Shown here: piece after piece, positions 60,331 to 64,000 of the stretch | Numbering within the stretch: position 1 is the first letter of the stretch | How the letters are laid out: the number at the start of each line of letters is the position of its first letter | Source of the DNA: Chloropicon primus | Taxonomy: Eukaryota | DNA: 64,000 nucleotides | Direction: 5' to 3' | NCBI GenBank assembly: GCA_023205875.1 | Contig: CP060764.1 | Location: 310,001-374,000 of the forward strand | The notes under the pieces: generated by a model | The model's database searches: none | Told to the model about the DNA's origin: nothing | The model's input: only the letters and a program-made list of their open reading frames with translations | Translations under genes and position numbers: made by a program

Positions 60331-61673
60331 TCAAATCTTGGCTTTCTTGTTCTCTCTCCGCTCGGGCCTGTCTTGGTCGAATCTTCGGATTCCGGTGATG
60401 AGTGGGACGGTCTCCCTCCCCTCCTCCGTCCCGTCCTCGATCTGGAATCGGTACTCGTGCGTCACTGGGTTCTTCGGCGCGTTCAACTGGGGCTTCAAGG
60501 GAAACGCAAACTCGCACCTGTACGCCCCCCTCTCCTCGCAATCGAAGTAGGACCACCCACCAACCTTACCGACCAGGGGCTCGAGGACCTTGCCGCTCGG
60601 GGAATACAGGGTCTGAGAAGCGGAACCGTCCAGGAAAGGGATGGGGCAACCTTCGCCGTGCACGCTGGTTGTGCGAACACCGAACACTGTGTTGTTCTGC
60701 TTTTGCTTCTTGCTTCGGACGACATGCTTTGCGTTGCTCGTGTGCTCCACCACCAGCTCGCTGTACCTGGTGTAAGGAGGTATTTCCATCCCGAGCACGT
60801 CCATCAGCCGGGCCATGACCCGGTCACACCTGCAGAAAACCGAAAGGAGAGAGAGGTGGGAGTTAGTCGCCGACCGGACCAGGGTCGACCCGGGGAGCTC
60901 ACTTACTTTGCGTGTATCTTCAAGTCGCTGTGCTTGTCTTTCGGGGTCTTCTGCAGGTTCACGATCACGAGCTTCCCTCCGCATTTTTTTGTCAGAACGG
61001 GGATCTGGCACGCGGGAGCGATTCGCAGGGAGGTCCCCAGGCACAGAGCCACGTCCGTCTTGCTCCTGGCGTACTCTTCCGCTTTAGCGAGATCGTCCTC
61101 AGGGAGGGCGTCGTCCCAATCAAGGACAAAGTCTTTCAGCTTGCCACGGCACCCCCTCTTGGTGCACCGCCTCCCCGTGAACTTGAACCCCGCGGTGAGC
61201 ATCTCAAAGTCTCTTCGATACGTCGCCTTGCATCGGTGGCACTTCTCGAGGAAGCAGTTGCCGTGGAGCTCCGCAAGCTTGTCTTCCGGAACCCCCGAGC
61301 GCCGGTGCAGGTCGTCAACGTTCTGCGACACGATGAGCTTGATCACGCCCCTCTTCACGAGCTCCGCGAGAGCCATGTGAGTGAGCGAGGGACTGGCAAG
61401 CTCCAGCGTCATCTCCGTTTTGGGCAGCGGTAGCCCTTGAGCCTGGAGGGTCCATATGCCGTTGGGCCCTCGAAAGTCGGGGATGCCGCACGAGGTGGAA
61501 ATTCCGGCCCCCGTGTACACCGCCACGCCCCTGCTCTCCGCTATGACCTTCCCCAACTCGTCCACCGCCGCGTTCACGCTGACGTCCTCGTCCTCGTACT
61601 CCCTCTCCCCCAACTTTCCCCCGAGCGCCTCCGCGCCACGAAATGTGAGTCGATCCGCGTACCCACCGGACAT
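60331..61673 (-). CDS. SRT1: Class IV sirtuin (SIRT6/SRT1-like); intron 60830-60906
   Basis: GAGISTSCGIPDFRGPNGIWT, SQNVDDLH, AELHGN, Zn-Cys pairs, LDWDDALP, LGTSL, IVNLQKTPKD. Confidence 0.93.
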
Positions 61674-62700
61674 CTCGCGAGATGGGAAAGGGGGGACCGC
61701 TTTTGCGTTCCTACCGCTCCCGTCGACGGCGAGGCACTGCTACTCTGCAGAGACCATCTAAACCATCTCCCCTCGAGGAGGGGGAAGAAGAAGAGGAAGA
61801 AACGAAGCAACGGGTTGCGGAGTCCAGGTCAGGTCGAGGCTGACACGATCAGGCCTCGCGGATCCGAGATTCACTTCCCCAACCGTAGCAGAGCAACCCT
61901 TGTACGCATTAATGCAACTAACGGCAATGTGGAAACAGAAACGTTTTAGGCTCTCAAATCCTCATCCCTCCGTCATTCTTTTCCATCGAGGGGTCCACGG
62001 AAAGAGGAGAAAGACACGATTCTTCGATTATTGCCCACGTAACACGCCTCACCCCCGCCTCGCGCTCGTAACGGCCGCCAAACGACGCCCAAACCGCTCC
62101 AGTGCTCCGACCAGAGTTTGTTTCGTAGATGATGTAAAGTTTTGTACACGTTTTTTGAGATGCTATTCATGAAAAACCTAATTGGAAGAACAAGGCCTTT
62201 CTTGATCTTTTCCATCAGCAAGAGCATCTCAACAAGGAGAACCGAGGTGCGTTACTGGTCCTTGGTGTCCTTCTCTTTTTCCAGGGAAGGCCGATTTCGT
62301 GGTCTAATCCTCTCTCTCCCTTCCTCTCCCCTGCCCCTGGCCAGGTGCGTTACCTGACACCCCAGTTGAAAGTTGGGACAAAGGGCAACAAGTTGGACAA
62401 AGGTAGCGCCTTTGTGAGGGATAGGTAGCTTTGGTGGAGGCAGAGAGCGGAGACGTTCGATCAGGAGTGCGAAGGGTGCCGAAAGATTCCATCTTTTTTG
62501 CGGCAAGACTTCTTCTTCTTCTTCTCCAAAGCAAGAGACTCTTGTTCTTTCTTGCTCTTGTGGGTTGGGTTTTGAACAGAGGTGGGTGACGTCCTCCGAC
62601 AGGGTTCGAGGGCGAGGAGGCAAGCAAGTTGGTGTCTTCCAGGCGAGGAAGCGGGGGTTGGGATTTGAGAAGAGGGAGCGTGGGCAAGGAAGGCAGCAGC

Positions 62701-64000
62701 ATGTCAACGAAGAGCGAGAAAGGGTCACCGACCAAGGACCCCGATGCCCCCGTGGAAGTGGCGTCCTCCGATATGGACGACCTCGAGCAGGAGGCTCAGG
62801 AAGCTCACGAGATTTTGGACGAGGCGAAGGGCAAGTCCCTCCGCGAGCTTCAGAAGGAGTCCATCCGCATCGAGGAGAACGTCCTCATCGCTCAGAAGAG
62901 GGTGCAGTTCCAGCGCCAGCAGCTGCAGCAGAAGCTCACGGAGGCCATGGAGGCCAAGCACTTGGATGAGAGGCAAAAGGTGCAGAGGGAAAAGATCGTG
63001 TCGAACGAGAAGAGGGAGGAGGAGGACAAGAAGAAGAGGAAGCAGTACAAGCGCGTCATCATCTCTCTCTTCGAGGAGCTCAAGATGAAGACGACCGAGC
63101 TGTTTCCCTTGATTGAGGCCAACAGTAAGAGGAACAGCCAGAGGAAAATCGTTCTGGAGAAACGCATGCAGTTCCAAGATACGGCCAAGATGCTCGAGGA
63201 GAGGGAGAAAAACGAGAGAGCCGAACTCCAGCAGTCCCACGAGCGCACCGCGAAGAACTTGGCCGTCTGGCAGGACCTGAACATGAGGCACGTCTCCTCG
63301 GAGAAGACGGAGGGCCTCCTCAGGGTGAACAGGTTGATGGCCCAGCAGCTCAGGGAGATCCAGAGGAAGGAGGCGGAGCAGCTGAGAGAGATGCAGCAGC
63401 TGAAAGCCAAGTACAAGCTCTCTGAGTTCGACACGGAGCTCGAGTTCGTGGCCGAGTACGAGCTGAAAAAAGCGGAGCAGCTCTTGATTCGAAGCCAGAA
63501 GACGAGCGGGCTGAAGAACGTGAGAAGAGAAGCGAAGAAGAACATACTCAGGCTCAGGGAGCAGGCAAAGGCGGCGAACAATTTGGAGCTCAACGCCTTG
63601 AAGGCGAAGCAGATGAAGGCCATCGAGGAGAACCGTGCCAAGGAGTTGAAAGCCTTTCAGCAAAGGGAAGCGAAGAGACTGGAGGCCTCGTTCGAGCAAG
63701 AGATTACGGTGATGGAGGGCGAGATGAAAGACAGGCTGGACGACAAGGGCTTCAACATGAGCACCTTCTCGAAGAGCACGAGCCACACGGGGGGACACTC
63801 CACGGACGCAGGCAGCCTAGGAACCAAGTCTCAATCCGGCGCGAGCGGCACTCAAGCTTCCGCAAGATCGATGGACAGCGAAAGTTCTTTGTCAGGAGGG
63901 AACGACTCGAGCGAGCAGGAGAAGCAGATGATGAAGGACGACGATATCGAATTTCGGAAGAGGGTGCAAGCCATGAGGGAGCAAGCCCAAGACGCGTTGA
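62701..64000 (+). CDS. Long coiled-coil protein, truncated at the right edge
   Basis: Open frame from ATG 62701 (MSTKSEKGSP..) with no stop seen to the window end; E/K/Q/R-rich heptads. Absent from the ORF track. Confidence 0.8.
   Translation, partial: MSTKSEKGSPTKDPDAPVEVASSDMDDLEQEAQEAHEILDEAKGKSLRELQKESIRIEENVLIAQKRVQFQRQQLQQKLTEAMEAKHLDERQKVQREKIVSNEKREEEDKKKRKQYKRVIISLFEELKMKTTELFPLIEANSKRNSQRKIVLEKRMQFQDTAKMLEEREKNERAELQQSHERTAKNLAVWQDLNMRHVSSEKTEGLLRVNRLMAQQLREIQRKEAEQLREMQQLKAKYKLSEFDTELEFVAEYELKKAEQLLIRSQKTSGLKNVRREAKKNILRLREQAKAANNLELNALKAKQMKAIEENRAKELKAFQQREAKRLEASFEQEITVMEGEMKDRLDDKGFNMSTFSKSTSHTGGHSTDAGSLGTKSQSGASGTQASARSMDSESSLSGGNDSSEQEKQMMKDDDIEFRKRVQAMREQAQDAL

Noticed and set aside
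1681..60906. Introner-like mobile introns
   Set aside because: The 14 inferred introns (72-217 bp) show no mutual similarity by eye beyond splice and branch signals.
61900..62700. Short ORFs between SRT1 and the coiled-coil gene
   Set aside because: No recognisable motifs and non-coding composition; likely promoter/UTR.

Overview
Gene-dense, GC-rich eukaryotic DNA with short GT-AG introns, TGTAA-type poly(A) signals and many plastid-targeted products (TGD3, RbcX, fibrillin, calredoxin, DUF3119). It is most consistent with a compact green-algal nuclear genome; Chloropicon/prasinophyte-like is an inference. About 37 protein genes can be modelled by eye. No rRNA, tRNA, CRISPR array or transposase was recognised. 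The most notable items are: (1) a secreted, circularly permuted NikA-type nickel/metallophore-binding protein; (2) a signal-peptide 2OG-Fe(II)-oxygenase-like domain fused to a Ctr copper transporter; (3) a selenoprotein H with an in-frame UGA and a 3'UTR SECIS that the ORF track misses; (4) six sequence-unrelated tandem duplications with 173-187 bp periods, all in promoter regions, plus a dispersed palindromic TCTTTCGAAAGA promoter motif; (5) TAF2 extended by a Tudor domain and 5-6 bromodomains; (6) an SS5-like coiled coil fused to a CBM25-like module; (7) ciliary genes (RSP16, nicolin). All family assignments come from motif recognition from memory, not from database searches.
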